Notes: generated by a model from the letters alone, not told the origin. Numbered from the stretch's first letter, positions 43,171 through 53,436 are shown. The stretch: 64,000 nt of DNA from a bacterium (GCA_024231955.1 JAAEPZ010000033.1:86240-150239), one strand, 5' to 3'. Translations and numbers: made by a program.

Positions 43171-45474
43171 ATGGTGAAAGCGTTTTATGCCTACCCATCG
43201 TCTGTAGCAGATGTCACACAGGTGATAAACGCTACCAAACGGATTCTCTCTGACACTCACCGCGACTTGGATCTTCACCTGTGGGAAGAAAACGATATAT
43301 CAGGCAGGCCGTTGACAGATCCAATCTTTAAAGGCATTGAAAGCGCTGACATCCTCATCGCGGATGTTACGGCTATTAATTTCAATGTGACATTTGAAAT
43401 CGGTTACGCCATCGGTCTCGGGAAAAGGGTCTACCTCACTTGTGACAGCAATATATCCCGAGATTCTACACTGGCGAACAAGATCGGCATCTTCGATACG
43501 CTTGGGTACGAAACATATACCGATGAGATAACTCTATCGGAGTTGATTAGGGCATACCGATCAGATGGGGGCATCCCCATTCGCTCAATCGTCAGTCCCA
43601 GTTCCCCTGTATACGTTCTGCAAACACCTCAATCAAACTCCGCGATGATCGCGATTACCGCACGTATCAAGAAAGCTCGGCTGGGGTACAAGGGCTATAT
43701 ACCAACAGATGACGCCCGACTTTCAGCAGTAAAGGCAATCGATGATGTTTCCTCCTGCCACGGTGCTGTCATTCCTCTACTTTCAACGGAGTTCCGCGAT
43801 GCAGCGGTTCATAACATCCGAGCAGCTTTTATCGCAGGACTAGCGATTGCGATGGGAAAAGTTACTCTAGTCCTTCAGCCCAAAGATGGTCCCGCGCCAC
43901 TCGACGTACGCGACCTAGTTAGGACATTTAGCAGTCCAGACGACATAGCTGGTTTCATCGCTACGCTTGCTCTGGACATCACGGAGCGCTTTCAAACAGA
44001 CAATCCCCTGCCCACCACACAGGGCAATTTTCTGGCAGAGTTAGCAATAGGGGACTCGGTGGCCGAGAATGAGTTCCAGACTCTTGGTGGGTACTATCTA
44101 CGGACAGATCAGTATAAGCGGGCATCCCGTGGGGAAGTGAACATAGTAGTAGGTCGCAAGGGTACCGGGAAGACTGCACTCTTCTCACAGCTTCGTAACG
44201 AGAAAAGATCGAGAGTGCATAACATCGTCGTCGACTTGAAGCCTGAGGGATATCAGCTGATTCGATTGAAGGAGGACGTTCTCGATTACCTAGCTGATGG
44301 AGCCAAGACCCACCTCATCACAGCGCTTTTCGAGTACCTATTTTACTTGGAGATTTGCTACAAGGTGCTCGAGAAAGATCGTGAGAGGCACATGCGTGAC
44401 GAGCACCTCTACGAACCTTACCGCCGCTTACGGGAAGTCTACGATTCGGGTTCAGCCGCTGAAGGCGACTTCTCTGAGCGGCTGCTCGGCTTGTCCCAAC
44501 AGCTGATTGCTGCTTTTAAAACTCGCTTCGGCACTACTATGGATCAAAGGCTGACGGCTTCAGAAGTCACGGAGCTGATCCACAAACGCAATATCCGAGA
44601 CATCCGCGATAGCTTATCGGCTTACTTAGAGTTCAAGGACAGCATTTGGGTGCTGTTCGACAATCTCGACAAGGGCTGGTCTACGCATGGTCTGACCGAT
44701 GGTGACATACTGATTCTTCGATGTCTTATAGATGCTGCACGCAAGATCCAACGGGAACTGCAGCGAGACGGACACGACTTCCATAGCGTTGTATTTGTGC
44801 GAAATGACGTGTATCAACTTCTGGTGGAGGCATCAGCTGACTACGGCAAGGAAAGTCGAGCCGTACTAGATTGGACTGACGCTGATCTGCTGCGAGAGTT
44901 GCTTCGGCGTCGCCTCATTAGCAACCAACCGATCGACGACACTCCGTTTGATCGTATTTGGTCTCAGATCTGCGTTAGCCACTATCATGGTGAAGAAACA
45001 TCCCAGTATCTGATCGATCGGTCGCTAATGCGTCCTCGCAATCTAATAAAGCTCCTTGCCCATTGCCGCGGATTCGCAGTTGGTCTAGAGCGCACGCGAA
45101 TTGAGAAAATAGATCTAGAGAAAGGCCTACGAGCGTACTCAATCGATCTGATCACAGAAGCAGATCAAGAACTGACGGACATCCTCGGTACTGAAACAGA
45201 TCTCATTTACTACTTCATAGGAGAGGGGCAGGAGTTTGAAAGAGAAAGGTTAGAGAGCATCCTCATCGGTGCGGAAGTTCCCGCTGAGAAGATCGACGAC
45301 GTCATTTTCTTCATGCTCTACTATGGATTCCTTGGCGTAAAGGCTGACGATAGGGATCCAAAGTATATTTATGAGCTTGAGTACGATATGAAACTCCTGA
45401 GTACCATCGCTGCGAAGGCAGATAGATTGACATACATCCTCAATCCAGCCTTCCATCCGGGTCTCAACCTGTAG
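43171..45474 (+). CDS. tandem NDT/TIR-like Rossmann domains fused to a P-loop ATPase (Sll1717/FunZ-like); candidate defence protein
   Basis: AGGAGG RBS; ADILIADVT..NFNVTFEIGYAIGLGK; second unit HNIRAAFIAGLAIAMGK; GDSVAENE, Walker A GRKGTGKT, Walker B WVLFDNLD, RPRNLI; lower GC. Confidence 0.85.
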   Translation: MVKAFYAYPSSVADVTQVINATKRILSDTHRDLDLHLWEENDISGRPLTDPIFKGIESADILIADVTAINFNVTFEIGYAIGLGKRVYLTCDSNISRDSTLANKIGIFDTLGYETYTDEITLSELIRAYRSDGGIPIRSIVSPSSPVYVLQTPQSNSAMIAITARIKKARLGYKGYIPTDDARLSAVKAIDDVSSCHGAVIPLLSTEFRDAAVHNIRAAFIAGLAIAMGKVTLVLQPKDGPAPLDVRDLVRTFSSPDDIAGFIATLALDITERFQTDNPLPTTQGNFLAELAIGDSVAENEFQTLGGYYLRTDQYKRASRGEVNIVVGRKGTGKTALFSQLRNEKRSRVHNIVVDLKPEGYQLIRLKEDVLDYLADGAKTHLITALFEYLFYLEICYKVLEKDRERHMRDEHLYEPYRRLREVYDSGSAAEGDFSERLLGLSQQLIAAFKTRFGTTMDQRLTASEVTELIHKRNIRDIRDSLSAYLEFKDSIWVLFDNLDKGWSTHGLTDGDILILRCLIDAARKIQRELQRDGHDFHSVVFVRNDVYQLLVEASADYGKESRAVLDWTDADLLRELLRRRLISNQPIDDTPFDRIWSQICVSHYHGEETSQYLIDRSLMRPRNLIKLLAHCRGFAVGLERTRIEKIDLEKGLRAYSIDLITEADQELTDILGTETDLIYYFIGEGQEFERERLESILIGAEVPAEKIDDVIFFMLYYGFLGVKADDRDPKYIYELEYDMKLLSTIAAKADRLTYILNPAFHPGLNL

Positions 45475-45795
45475 TTTAAATGGGGGTTAAATCCAAGGAG
45501 TGGTAAATCTCTCTGTCTACTGACAAATGTACGCCCCCCACACCCCAATGTCCCACTGCTCGAGGTAGCCATGGGGTCATAGGGTTAACGCCCTAGCTTG
45601 ATATGCGACCGGGTCAAGGTTGTTAACCCAGAGAGCTCCGTTGACCAGAGACTTGGAGAGTTTCTACTAGGTTCTCTGTACCGCGATCGTGACCATCACA
45701 ATCCCGATCGATCCCCAACCACTCTCCGTCGGATCAGAGACCTCCGATCCTCGGGTCTGACCCGCTCAAGGGTCTTGGCTGGTGGCGGAATACTA

Positions 45796-45876
45796 AGAAA
45801 CCCCGAGGGCTCTCGCTCTCGGGGTTCTCCGTTAACGGAAAGGCCGCCGGAATCCGGCGACCTCTGATAGGCTCCT
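45796..45876 (-). repeat. att-like repeat copy 3 (tRNA 3' end + two terminator-like hairpins)
   Basis: Directly abuts the tRNA-Asn 3' end; hairpins GGTCGCCGGATTCCGGCGGCC and CCCCGAGAGCGAGAGCCCTCGGGG. Confidence 0.85.
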
Positions 45877-45944
45877 CAGGTAGGACTTGAACCTACAACC
45901 CTGCGGTTAACAGCCGCATGCTCTGCCAATTGAGCTACTGAGGA
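45872..45944 (-). tRNA. tRNA-Asn (GTT)
   Basis: TCCTCAGTAGCTCAATTGGCAGAGCATGCGGCT-GTT-AACCGCAGGGTTGTAGGTTCAAGTCCTACCTGAGGAG; cloverleaf with T-loop GTTCAA; followed by CCT, not CCA. Confidence 0.97.
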
Positions 45945-45959
45945 ACGTTGCGCCGGGAC

Positions 45960-45988
45960 AGAATAATTACATCACCGCCCATTGTCAA
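45960..45988 (-). promoter_or_regulatory. sigma70-type promoter of tRNA-Asn
   Basis: TTGACA-17 bp-TATTCT on the minus strand just upstream of the tRNA. Confidence 0.7.
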
Positions 45989-46248
45989 GATCCTCACACC
46001 GCTTTACCACCATCCGTCAACCTCTTCAACAGCAACCACTTGCAGCCGCCATGCGTCGGTCAAACACAGGTTGTGCCGATTCCGCCTCCTCCGCAGCTCG
46101 CTGCTCAGCGTCAGAACCAGTGACGCCTTATCCGGATTCGACAAGGGGGAGCTCCGGCGCGGTTGCGAACGCTCTCCCGCTAACCTCTGCACGACGCCAT
46201 CCCGGTTGGCCTGCGGACGGATCCGGATATCCCCCAACATGACGTTCG

Positions 46249-46277
46249 TTGACTTGCCGCGGACCTCTCGCTACAGT
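46249..46277 (+). promoter_or_regulatory. candidate sigma70 promoter for cysteine desulfurase
   Basis: TTGACT-17 bp-TACAGT. Confidence 0.5.
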
Positions 46278-46309
46278 CTCCGCAATTCACACCGACCCGG
46301 GAGAGAGTC

Positions 46310-47440
46310 ATGCAGCCCGTCTATCTCGACTACAACGCCTCCACACCCGCCGATCCCCGTGTCGTCGACGCCATGCTCCCCTATCTGGCCGAACACTTCG
46401 GCAACCCCTCCAGCAGTCATCCCTTCGGCAAGATCACACGCGACGCCGTGGAGCTGGCTCGCACCCAGGTGGCGACCATGCTCGGCTGTACTGCCGACGA
46501 GATCGTGTTCACCAGCGGTGGTACGGAGTCCAACAACCACGCCATCCGCGGGGTGGCGCATGAACGTCGCGGGCGGGGGCGTCACATCATCAGCTCCTCG
46601 GTCGAGCATCCCGCTGTCACGCAGGTGTGCGAATATCTCGCCGGGCAGGGGTGGGAGATCGATTACCTGCCCGTGGACGAGACCTGCCTCATTAATCCGA
46701 GTGATCTCAAGGCGCGCATCCGCTCCGACACGGTGCTGGTGACGATCATGCACGCCAACAACGAGGTCGGCACGATCCAGCCGATCGCCGAACTGGCGCG
46801 CATCGCCCACGAGCATGGCGCGCTGTTCCACACCGATTGCGCGCAGTCTGTCGGCAAGATCCCCGTCCGGGTGGAGGACCTCGGGGTCGATCTGCTCAGT
46901 CTGGCCGGACACAAGATCTACGCGCACAAGGGTGTCGGCGCGCTCTACGTGCGCCGGGGAACACCCGTCGCGAAACTGCTGCACGGTGCGGGCCACGAGG
47001 ACAATCGCCGTGCGGGCACGGAGAATGTGCTGGAGATCGTCGGGTTGGGCAAAGCCTGCGAACTCATAGGCGATGAGATCGACGTCGAGATCAACCGCCT
47101 GCGTCAGCTGCGCGATCTTCTCGAAAAGACTTTGCGCAAGAGCTATCCCGAACTCGCCCTCAACGGACATCGCGAACTGCGATTGCCCAATACGTTGAGC
47201 GCAAGTTTTCCGGGCGTCAATTCGAGCGCGCTGCTGGCCCGACTCGACAGTGTCGCGCTCTCCGCGGGCGCAGCCTGTCATGAGGCCGGCGTCGACGTGT
47301 CGGCGGTGTTGCAGGCGATGCACACTCCGCTCGATGTCGCGATGGGAACGTTGCGCATGTCGGTCGGTCGTTTCAGCACCCGCGATGAAGTGCTTTTCGC
47401 GGCGCAGGAGATTCTGGCGAGCGTAAAAACATTGCCATAA
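46310..47440 (+). CDS. cysteine desulfurase (NifS/IscS group I)
   Basis: YLDYNASTP, FGNPSS, FTSGGTESNN, HANNEVG, AGHKIY (PLP Lys), SAGAACH. Confidence 0.93.
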   Translation: MQPVYLDYNASTPADPRVVDAMLPYLAEHFGNPSSSHPFGKITRDAVELARTQVATMLGCTADEIVFTSGGTESNNHAIRGVAHERRGRGRHIISSSVEHPAVTQVCEYLAGQGWEIDYLPVDETCLINPSDLKARIRSDTVLVTIMHANNEVGTIQPIAELARIAHEHGALFHTDCAQSVGKIPVRVEDLGVDLLSLAGHKIYAHKGVGALYVRRGTPVAKLLHGAGHEDNRRAGTENVLEIVGLGKACELIGDEIDVEINRLRQLRDLLEKTLRKSYPELALNGHRELRLPNTLSASFPGVNSSALLARLDSVALSAGAACHEAGVDVSAVLQAMHTPLDVAMGTLRMSVGRFSTRDEVLFAAQEILASVKTLP

Positions 47441-47550
47441 CGGATCGTTTTCGCAGAGGCCACTTGCATGGATCGACAAAGTCAGTAAAATGCAGACACC
47501 CCGTCACGAATAACCCCCGAAACTACGCCAAGCTCCGAAAGGATGGACCC

Positions 47551-49356
47551 ATGCCCAAGAGCGCCGGCAAGGCAAAAATCAACGTCAATAAAGTCTACTG
47601 GAATCTGTCCGAACTCTACACAGGTCAGGACGATCCCAAGCTGGAGAAGGATTTCAAATCGATGGAGCGCGCGTGCAAGACGTTCGCCAAGAACTATCGC
47701 GGTCGTGTAGGCAAGCTCGACGCCAAGGAGATGCGCAAGGCGCTTAAGGCGATGGAGAAGATCGACACGATCTCCTACTCGGTCGTCATCTACGCCATGC
47801 TGGAGTTCGCGACCAAGAGCACCGATCCCAACTGGGGCGCGTTCCGCCAGAAGGTGATGGAGCGCAACTCGCGCGCCTTCGAGAACCTGAGTTTCTTCCA
47901 GGTCGAGTGGGCCAAGCTGTCCGCAGCCAAGGCCAAGGCGCTGACCACGGACAAGACTCTGATCCGCTTCAAGCATTTCCTGGAGCACAGCCGCCTCTAC
48001 AAGAAGCACACGCTCAGCGAAAAAGAGGAGATCCTCGCCACCAAGCTGGGGCAGATCGGCGGCGGCGCCTGGTCGCGTTACTACACGACCGTGCTCTCCG
48101 ATGTCGAATACGTGTTCCGGGGCAAGAAGATCACCGCCTCCGAACTCGTGGCCAAACTGCAGCACGCCGATCGGGATGTGCGGCGCGACGCCAGCGAGAC
48201 CCGCACCGCCGGTCTCTCGGCCCAGGCCAAACCGTTGACCTTCGCGTTCAACATGATCCTGGCCGGCTGCAAGACCGAGGATGAGATCCGCTCCTACGAC
48301 ACCTGGGTGCAGTCGCGCAATCTCTCCAACGAGATTCCCGACAAGGTCGTCGATTCGCTCGTCAAGGCCTGCCTGGAGCGGGGCGATATTCTCCGTCGCT
48401 ACATGAAGCTCAAGAAGAAGCTCATGGGTGTGAAGCAGATGATGTCCTACGACGTCTCCGCGCCTCTGCCCGGTGCGCGCGAGAAGAAGTCGGACTACGC
48501 CACGGCGCGCAAGGATGTCGTCGAGTTGTTCGAGGAGACCACCCCCGCGTTCGGCAAGATCGCCCGCGACATGTTCGAGCAGGATCACATCGACGCGCCG
48601 CCCTACAAGGGCAAACGCTCGGGCGCATTCTGCATGTCCAACATGTCGGGTCTCCCCTATGTCATGCTCAACTGGACCGGCAAGACCCGCGACGTCGCCA
48701 CCATGGCCCACGAACTGGGGCACGCCGTTCACGCCGAGCTCAGTCGCGACAAGGGTCCCCTGGGCCAGACCGACAGCCTGGTCATGGCCGAGGTCGCCTC
48801 GGTGTTCATGGAGACGCTGCTCTACAACAAGCTGCTCAAGCAGACCAAGAGCCCGCGCGCTCGTCTCGACATGCTCAAGAACATCATCGAGGACGGCTTC
48901 TCCACCACGCTGCGTCAGATGCAGTTCAACCGCTTCGAGAACTCGGTGCACAATCACCGTCGCGAAAAGGGCGAGCTGACCAGAGAGCAGTTCTGCGAAT
49001 ACTTCCAGGAGGCGGAGAAGGCCTACTTCGGCAACACCGTGAAGCCGCACAAGGGCACCGACGTGTTCTGGATGTATGTGCAGCACTTCATGGCGGTGCC
49101 GGGTTACGTCTACGCCTACTGCGCGAGCTATCTCGTCGTGCTGTCGCTGTACAAGCGCTACCTCGATGAGGGCGAGAGCTTCCTGGTCGGCTATGAGGCG
49201 ATGCTGGCGGCAGGCGGCAACAAGACGCCGGAGGAGCTGCTCTCCGCGCTGGGTGTCGACTGGAGTCAGGAGAGTTTCTGGCACAGCGGTCTCGATGTCC
49301 TCGACGGTTTCGTCGAGCAGTTCAAAACCGCCGCGAAAGAGCTGAAGCTGCTCTAG
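47551..49356 (+). CDS. pepF: oligoendopeptidase F (M3B)
   Basis: WNLSELY, GKRSGAFC, HELGHAVH zinc motif, AEVASVF.E, YVYAY. Confidence 0.9.
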   Translation: MPKSAGKAKINVNKVYWNLSELYTGQDDPKLEKDFKSMERACKTFAKNYRGRVGKLDAKEMRKALKAMEKIDTISYSVVIYAMLEFATKSTDPNWGAFRQKVMERNSRAFENLSFFQVEWAKLSAAKAKALTTDKTLIRFKHFLEHSRLYKKHTLSEKEEILATKLGQIGGGAWSRYYTTVLSDVEYVFRGKKITASELVAKLQHADRDVRRDASETRTAGLSAQAKPLTFAFNMILAGCKTEDEIRSYDTWVQSRNLSNEIPDKVVDSLVKACLERGDILRRYMKLKKKLMGVKQMMSYDVSAPLPGAREKKSDYATARKDVVELFEETTPAFGKIARDMFEQDHIDAPPYKGKRSGAFCMSNMSGLPYVMLNWTGKTRDVATMAHELGHAVHAELSRDKGPLGQTDSLVMAEVASVFMETLLYNKLLKQTKSPRARLDMLKNIIEDGFSTTLRQMQFNRFENSVHNHRREKGELTREQFCEYFQEAEKAYFGNTVKPHKGTDVFWMYVQHFMAVPGYVYAYCASYLVVLSLYKRYLDEGESFLVGYEAMLAAGGNKTPEELLSALGVDWSQESFWHSGLDVLDGFVEQFKTAAKELKLL

Positions 49357-49377
49357 GTCTTATGTATCGAAAACAGA

Positions 49378-49410
49378 GCCCGGATCCGCGCAGGCGGGTC
49401 CGGGTTTTTT
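49378..49410 (+). terminator. terminator after pepF
   Basis: GCCCGGATCCGC-GCAG-GCGGGTCCGGGT followed by a T run. Confidence 0.8.
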
Positions 49411-49802
49411 CTTTGGATCCGATCGGGGGCGGGCAGGCGAACAGAAGGATCAAGACTGTGAAGATGAACGCATGACATCCTCCCAGGTTGAGTGAGGGGA
49501 TCTCCATATCCGATTATTGATCTAAGATGAAAGTTACGAGTGGTCCCGATCCCCATCCGCTCCAGGTTTTGACTTGATCGCAGCTGAGCAATTCGTCCCC
49601 GCGGAAAATGAACGTTTCGAGACGGCGGCGACACACTCCGAACTCTCCCCACCGCACCAACCGATTTCGGAAAGGTTCGGTTGGCTTGGCCTCCGCCTCG
49701 TAATCTGCTATCCTCATTCGGACAGCAAACCCCATTCGATGTCGGCGACCGCCGATCGACTGCCCCGGCAAGGCCCGGGAAGAGTTTCTAGGATACAGGA
49801 GC

Positions 49803-50858
49803 ATGAAGATGAGTGGAGCCGGAGCCTGGGAGAAATTTCCGAAAGTCGACCTCCACCGCCACCTGGAGGGATCGATTCGCCTTGAAACGCTCAGGGAGAT
49901 CGCCAGAAGCTACGATCTGGACTACCCTATCGACGATCTGCCCCGTTTCCGCACTATGGTCCAGATGACTCCCGACCAGCGCAGTGCCGAGGCCTTACTG
50001 GCCAAGTTCGCCGTCCTCCGTCACTTCTTCCGCTCGGAAGAGATCATCACCAGGATAACCCGCGAAGCGGTTCTGGACGCGGCCGCGGATGAGGTTCGCT
50101 ATCTTGAACTGCGCTTCAACCCGGTGGCCCTGTCCGCGCATAACGAGTTCACCCCGGCTCAGGCTTGTCGCTGCGTCCAAAACGCAAGCGCCCTGGCCGC
50201 CGTTGACTGCGGAATCGATGTGCGCCTCATCATTTCCATCAACCGCTCCGAGCCGGAGCGTGCGCATGAGCTCCTGGATATCGCCTGCGATGGCGTAAAG
50301 GAGGGCATCACCGGTCTTGATCTTTCCGGAGATGAGGTCAACGCTGCCGCCGAACCCTTTATAGATCTCTTCGATCGGGCCCGATCGGCCGGTCTCGACA
50401 TCTCCGTCCACGCCGGCGAATGGACGGGGCCGGAGAATATCCGTTTCGCCATAGAGGAGCTGAACGCCACACGCATCGGCCACGGCATCGGCATCCTCGA
50501 CGATCCGGATTTGATCTCATTGGCCAGAGAGAGGGGAACGCTCTTCGAATTCTGCATCACCAGCAATTACCTCACGGCGGCGATCGCGGTCAAAAAGGAG
50601 CACCCGGTCCTTGAATTGACTCGCAAGCATGGACTCAGCACCACTCTCAACACCGACGACCCCTCCATCTTCGACGTCACCCTCAGCGATGAATTCGAGT
50701 TCGCGCATGATCACCTGGGACTGACCATCGAGGAGCTGCGGGCCATGAACCTCCGGGCCGCGCGACACGCCTTCCTCGACGACGGGACCCGAAACAAACT
50801 CATCACGCATCTTCAGCAGAAGTATGCGGAAAATGACAATCTACCTGCCAAAATGTGA
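49803..50858 (+). CDS. add: adenosine deaminase
   Basis: PKVDLHRHLEGS, YLELRF, GLDLSGDE, HAGE, RIGHG, NTDDP. Confidence 0.93.
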   Translation: MKMSGAGAWEKFPKVDLHRHLEGSIRLETLREIARSYDLDYPIDDLPRFRTMVQMTPDQRSAEALLAKFAVLRHFFRSEEIITRITREAVLDAAADEVRYLELRFNPVALSAHNEFTPAQACRCVQNASALAAVDCGIDVRLIISINRSEPERAHELLDIACDGVKEGITGLDLSGDEVNAAAEPFIDLFDRARSAGLDISVHAGEWTGPENIRFAIEELNATRIGHGIGILDDPDLISLARERGTLFEFCITSNYLTAAIAVKKEHPVLELTRKHGLSTTLNTDDPSIFDVTLSDEFEFAHDHLGLTIEELRAMNLRAARHAFLDDGTRNKLITHLQQKYAENDNLPAKM

Positions 50859-50993
50859 TTTAGGCTGCGATTTTTTACAATTTCATGACCGAATGTTATA
50901 GAATCGCACTAAGCACGGATGGGCTTGAGCCTGATCCGAAAAGAACACACCATCCGACGGTTTCCCGATAACCGTCATGAGGCAGAGTGGTTC

Positions 50994-52292
50994 ATGTCCG
51001 TCAGGCCCGAGCAAGCTCATGATCACAGTTCCACTGCGATGTGGATTCTGAAGATCGCTCAAGATCTGGCCCGCCCGTTCCCACTCAACAGAATGCTCGA
51101 AGAGGTAGTGAGAGTCGCCTGCGCCGCGCTTCGGGCCGACCGCACCACCATCTGGCTCCACGATGACGAAACCTCGGAGTTCTACACGGAGGTAGCGATC
51201 GGGATCGATCCGATCAGAATCCCCTCGGATCGGGGTTTGGTCGGCGCTTGCGGCAGCTCGAGAGAGGTGATCAACGTACCCGACTGCCAATCCGACCCAC
51301 GCTTCAACCCGACCGTGGATCGGGAAACCGGCTACCGCTCCCGCTGCCTGCTTTCCGTGCCCCTCATCGGCTACGACGACTCATTGATCGGCGTTATGCA
51401 AGTACTGAATCGCCACGAGGGTCATTTCGACGACGCCGACATCGAAACCGCCACGGCGCTTTCCGCTCACTGCGCAGTCGCTCTGCAGCGTGCGCAGATG
51501 CTCGAAGAGCTGCTGGTCAAGAGACGGCTCGAACACGAGTTGGCGGCCGCTCGTCAGATTCAACGCGGAACACTGCCCCAGGAGATGCCCAAAATCGAGG
51601 GCTACGAGATCTTCGGTTGGAACAAACCCGCGGAAGAGACCGGCGGCGACACCTACGACATCCATCAAAAGGACGAACACCTGTTCTCCCTGCTGCTCGC
51701 CGACGCCACCGGGCACGGCATCGGACCGGCCATCAGCGTAACTCAGGTACGCTCCATGCTGCGAATGTGCGACCTGATGGGTTGCCCGCTCGAGGAGGCT
51801 TTCGAGGGGGTCAACCGGCAACTCGTGGCCGACCTGCCCTCCGATCGCTTCGTTACGGTTTTTCTGGGTCAACTGGATACGCACCTGCACAGAGTCCGCT
51901 ACCTGTCGGGCGGTCAGGGCCCAGTGCTGCATTATCGAGCCGATACGGACAAGGTGGAGTTCCTCGATTCCACAACAATGCCGCTTGGGATCCTCAAGGA
52001 CCTTCCGGGTTCGGGACCTCGCAACATCGACCTGCAGCCCGGTGACATCGTCGCCCTGATCACGGACGGTCTCGTCGAAGCGGCGCGGGAAGACGGAGAG
52101 CAGTTCGGCGACGAGCGTACGGCGGCATGCCTGCGGGAGTATGGACATCACCCGATGTCCGAGCTCGCCCGAATTCTTCACGAACAGGTTCTGGAGTTCA
52201 ATCATCACGCCCGGCAGGACGACGACATCACGGTCCTGCTCGTCAAGCGGCAGCCGGGTTATGCGACCAAGGCTGACGGCATCGGCACTTGA
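50994..52292 (+). CDS. GAF + PP2C/SpoIIE (RsbU-like) phosphatase
   Basis: GAF 'PD..SDPRFN..VD..TGY....L..P...GVMQVLNR...F'; GGDTYD, DATGHG, TDGLVEA, DDIT. Confidence 0.92.
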   Translation: MSVRPEQAHDHSSTAMWILKIAQDLARPFPLNRMLEEVVRVACAALRADRTTIWLHDDETSEFYTEVAIGIDPIRIPSDRGLVGACGSSREVINVPDCQSDPRFNPTVDRETGYRSRCLLSVPLIGYDDSLIGVMQVLNRHEGHFDDADIETATALSAHCAVALQRAQMLEELLVKRRLEHELAAARQIQRGTLPQEMPKIEGYEIFGWNKPAEETGGDTYDIHQKDEHLFSLLLADATGHGIGPAISVTQVRSMLRMCDLMGCPLEEAFEGVNRQLVADLPSDRFVTVFLGQLDTHLHRVRYLSGGQGPVLHYRADTDKVEFLDSTTMPLGILKDLPGSGPRNIDLQPGDIVALITDGLVEAAREDGEQFGDERTAACLREYGHHPMSELARILHEQVLEFNHHARQDDDITVLLVKRQPGYATKADGIGT

Positions 52293-52311
52293 GGACAAGA
52301 AGGAGATTGAT

Positions 52312-53436
52312 ATGGACGGCAAACGACGACACAGGTTCCTGTTCGGACTCGGCGCGCTTATTCCGCTGCTGATGATCGCACTGCTTCCGCAGACCGACGC
52401 ATCGGCTGATTCCTGCAGCGACGGAGACCCTTATATCAAATTGACTCTGTCCGATCTGGGGCTCAGCACCCTCGATATATTCTACCTGTCCGACTTCCGG
52501 GCCGATACGGGCAGTCCGTCCCGGCCGCTCTTCCAATTCTCCGTGTCGAACGACGGCGCGAGCGACCGGAGTCTGGTCCTGACTCTGCAGCTGGATGCCG
52601 AGACCGGCCCCCTCTTCTCCGCCAGCACATACCCATTCGACGTTGGTGCGGGGCAGACGATCTCCGGCACCAATCAGGACCTCAGCACCGTCGGCTCGAT
52701 GTTCGAACTGGGGGTCATGGATCTGACCGACGGGAGACAGGAATCCCTCATTCTCCGTCTGGGCTACCTCCCCGAGGGCGAATACCATCTGCGGCTCTCC
52801 CTGGACGATGCGACCACCGCAACGGAGATCAGCGAGTGTTTTCTCCAATTTACCGTGATCAACCCGCGAACGGTCGAACTCATTCTCCCTGGAGCCGAAT
52901 TTGAAGACATGCTGCCCGTCGAGAATTCCCCCTTCCCGCTGTTCCAGTGGCAAAGCGACGCGGGTCTATTCGATATCCGCCTCTGCCCCGTCATGCCCGG
53001 CGACGGCAGCGGTGAGGAGGTCATGGGCAACGAACCCGTTCACGAAAATCTCGGTTTTTACACGGAGTTCACGGGTACTCACACCTGGTTGTATCCCCCT
53101 GGCGCCGAGTCCCTGGCAGAGGGCCAAAGCTATTGCTGGCAGGTGGAGGCGATCGTCCCCAGTTCCAGCGGAGATACGCGCTTCATCAGCGAGATCTTCT
53201 GTTTCGAGATGTCGAGCACGACGGGCGCACCCGACTACGATGCGATTCTGGATCTCCTGATGGAATTGCTCCCGCCGGGAGCTCTGGCCGAGGTATTGCC
53301 GCAACTCGCGGGACTCAACTCCACCGGAACGATCACCTTGAATCACGAGACCATCAGCTCCGCGGAAATGGCGACTCTATTGAGATCGCTCCTGTCCGCG
53401 GGCTGGGAGGTCGGCAGCCTGGAGGTCACGGAATAA
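52312..53436 (+). CDS. secreted hypothetical protein with Ig/FN3-like domains
   Basis: AAGGAG RBS, signal peptide; 'LPEGEY', 'PLFQWQS', 'YP..A.SL.EG.SY.WQVEA'. Confidence 0.78.
   Translation: MDGKRRHRFLFGLGALIPLLMIALLPQTDASADSCSDGDPYIKLTLSDLGLSTLDIFYLSDFRADTGSPSRPLFQFSVSNDGASDRSLVLTLQLDAETGPLFSASTYPFDVGAGQTISGTNQDLSTVGSMFELGVMDLTDGRQESLILRLGYLPEGEYHLRLSLDDATTATEISECFLQFTVINPRTVELILPGAEFEDMLPVENSPFPLFQWQSDAGLFDIRLCPVMPGDGSGEEVMGNEPVHENLGFYTEFTGTHTWLYPPGAESLAEGQSYCWQVEAIVPSSSGDTRFISEIFCFEMSSTTGAPDYDAILDLLMELLPPGALAEVLPQLAGLNSTGTITLNHETISSAEMATLLRSLLSAGWEVGSLEVTE

Noticed and set aside
43020-45800. Retron associated with the NDT-like protein
   Set aside because: No reverse transcriptase and no recognisable msr-msd inverted repeats.
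34195-45944. Prophage
   Set aside because: No structural, packaging, lysis or replication genes are present.
49420-49800. Purine riboswitch upstream of adenosine deaminase
   Set aside because: Only a GTTTCTA fragment matches; the other conserved elements are missing. The region holds at most a frameshifted signal-peptide relic on the minus strand.
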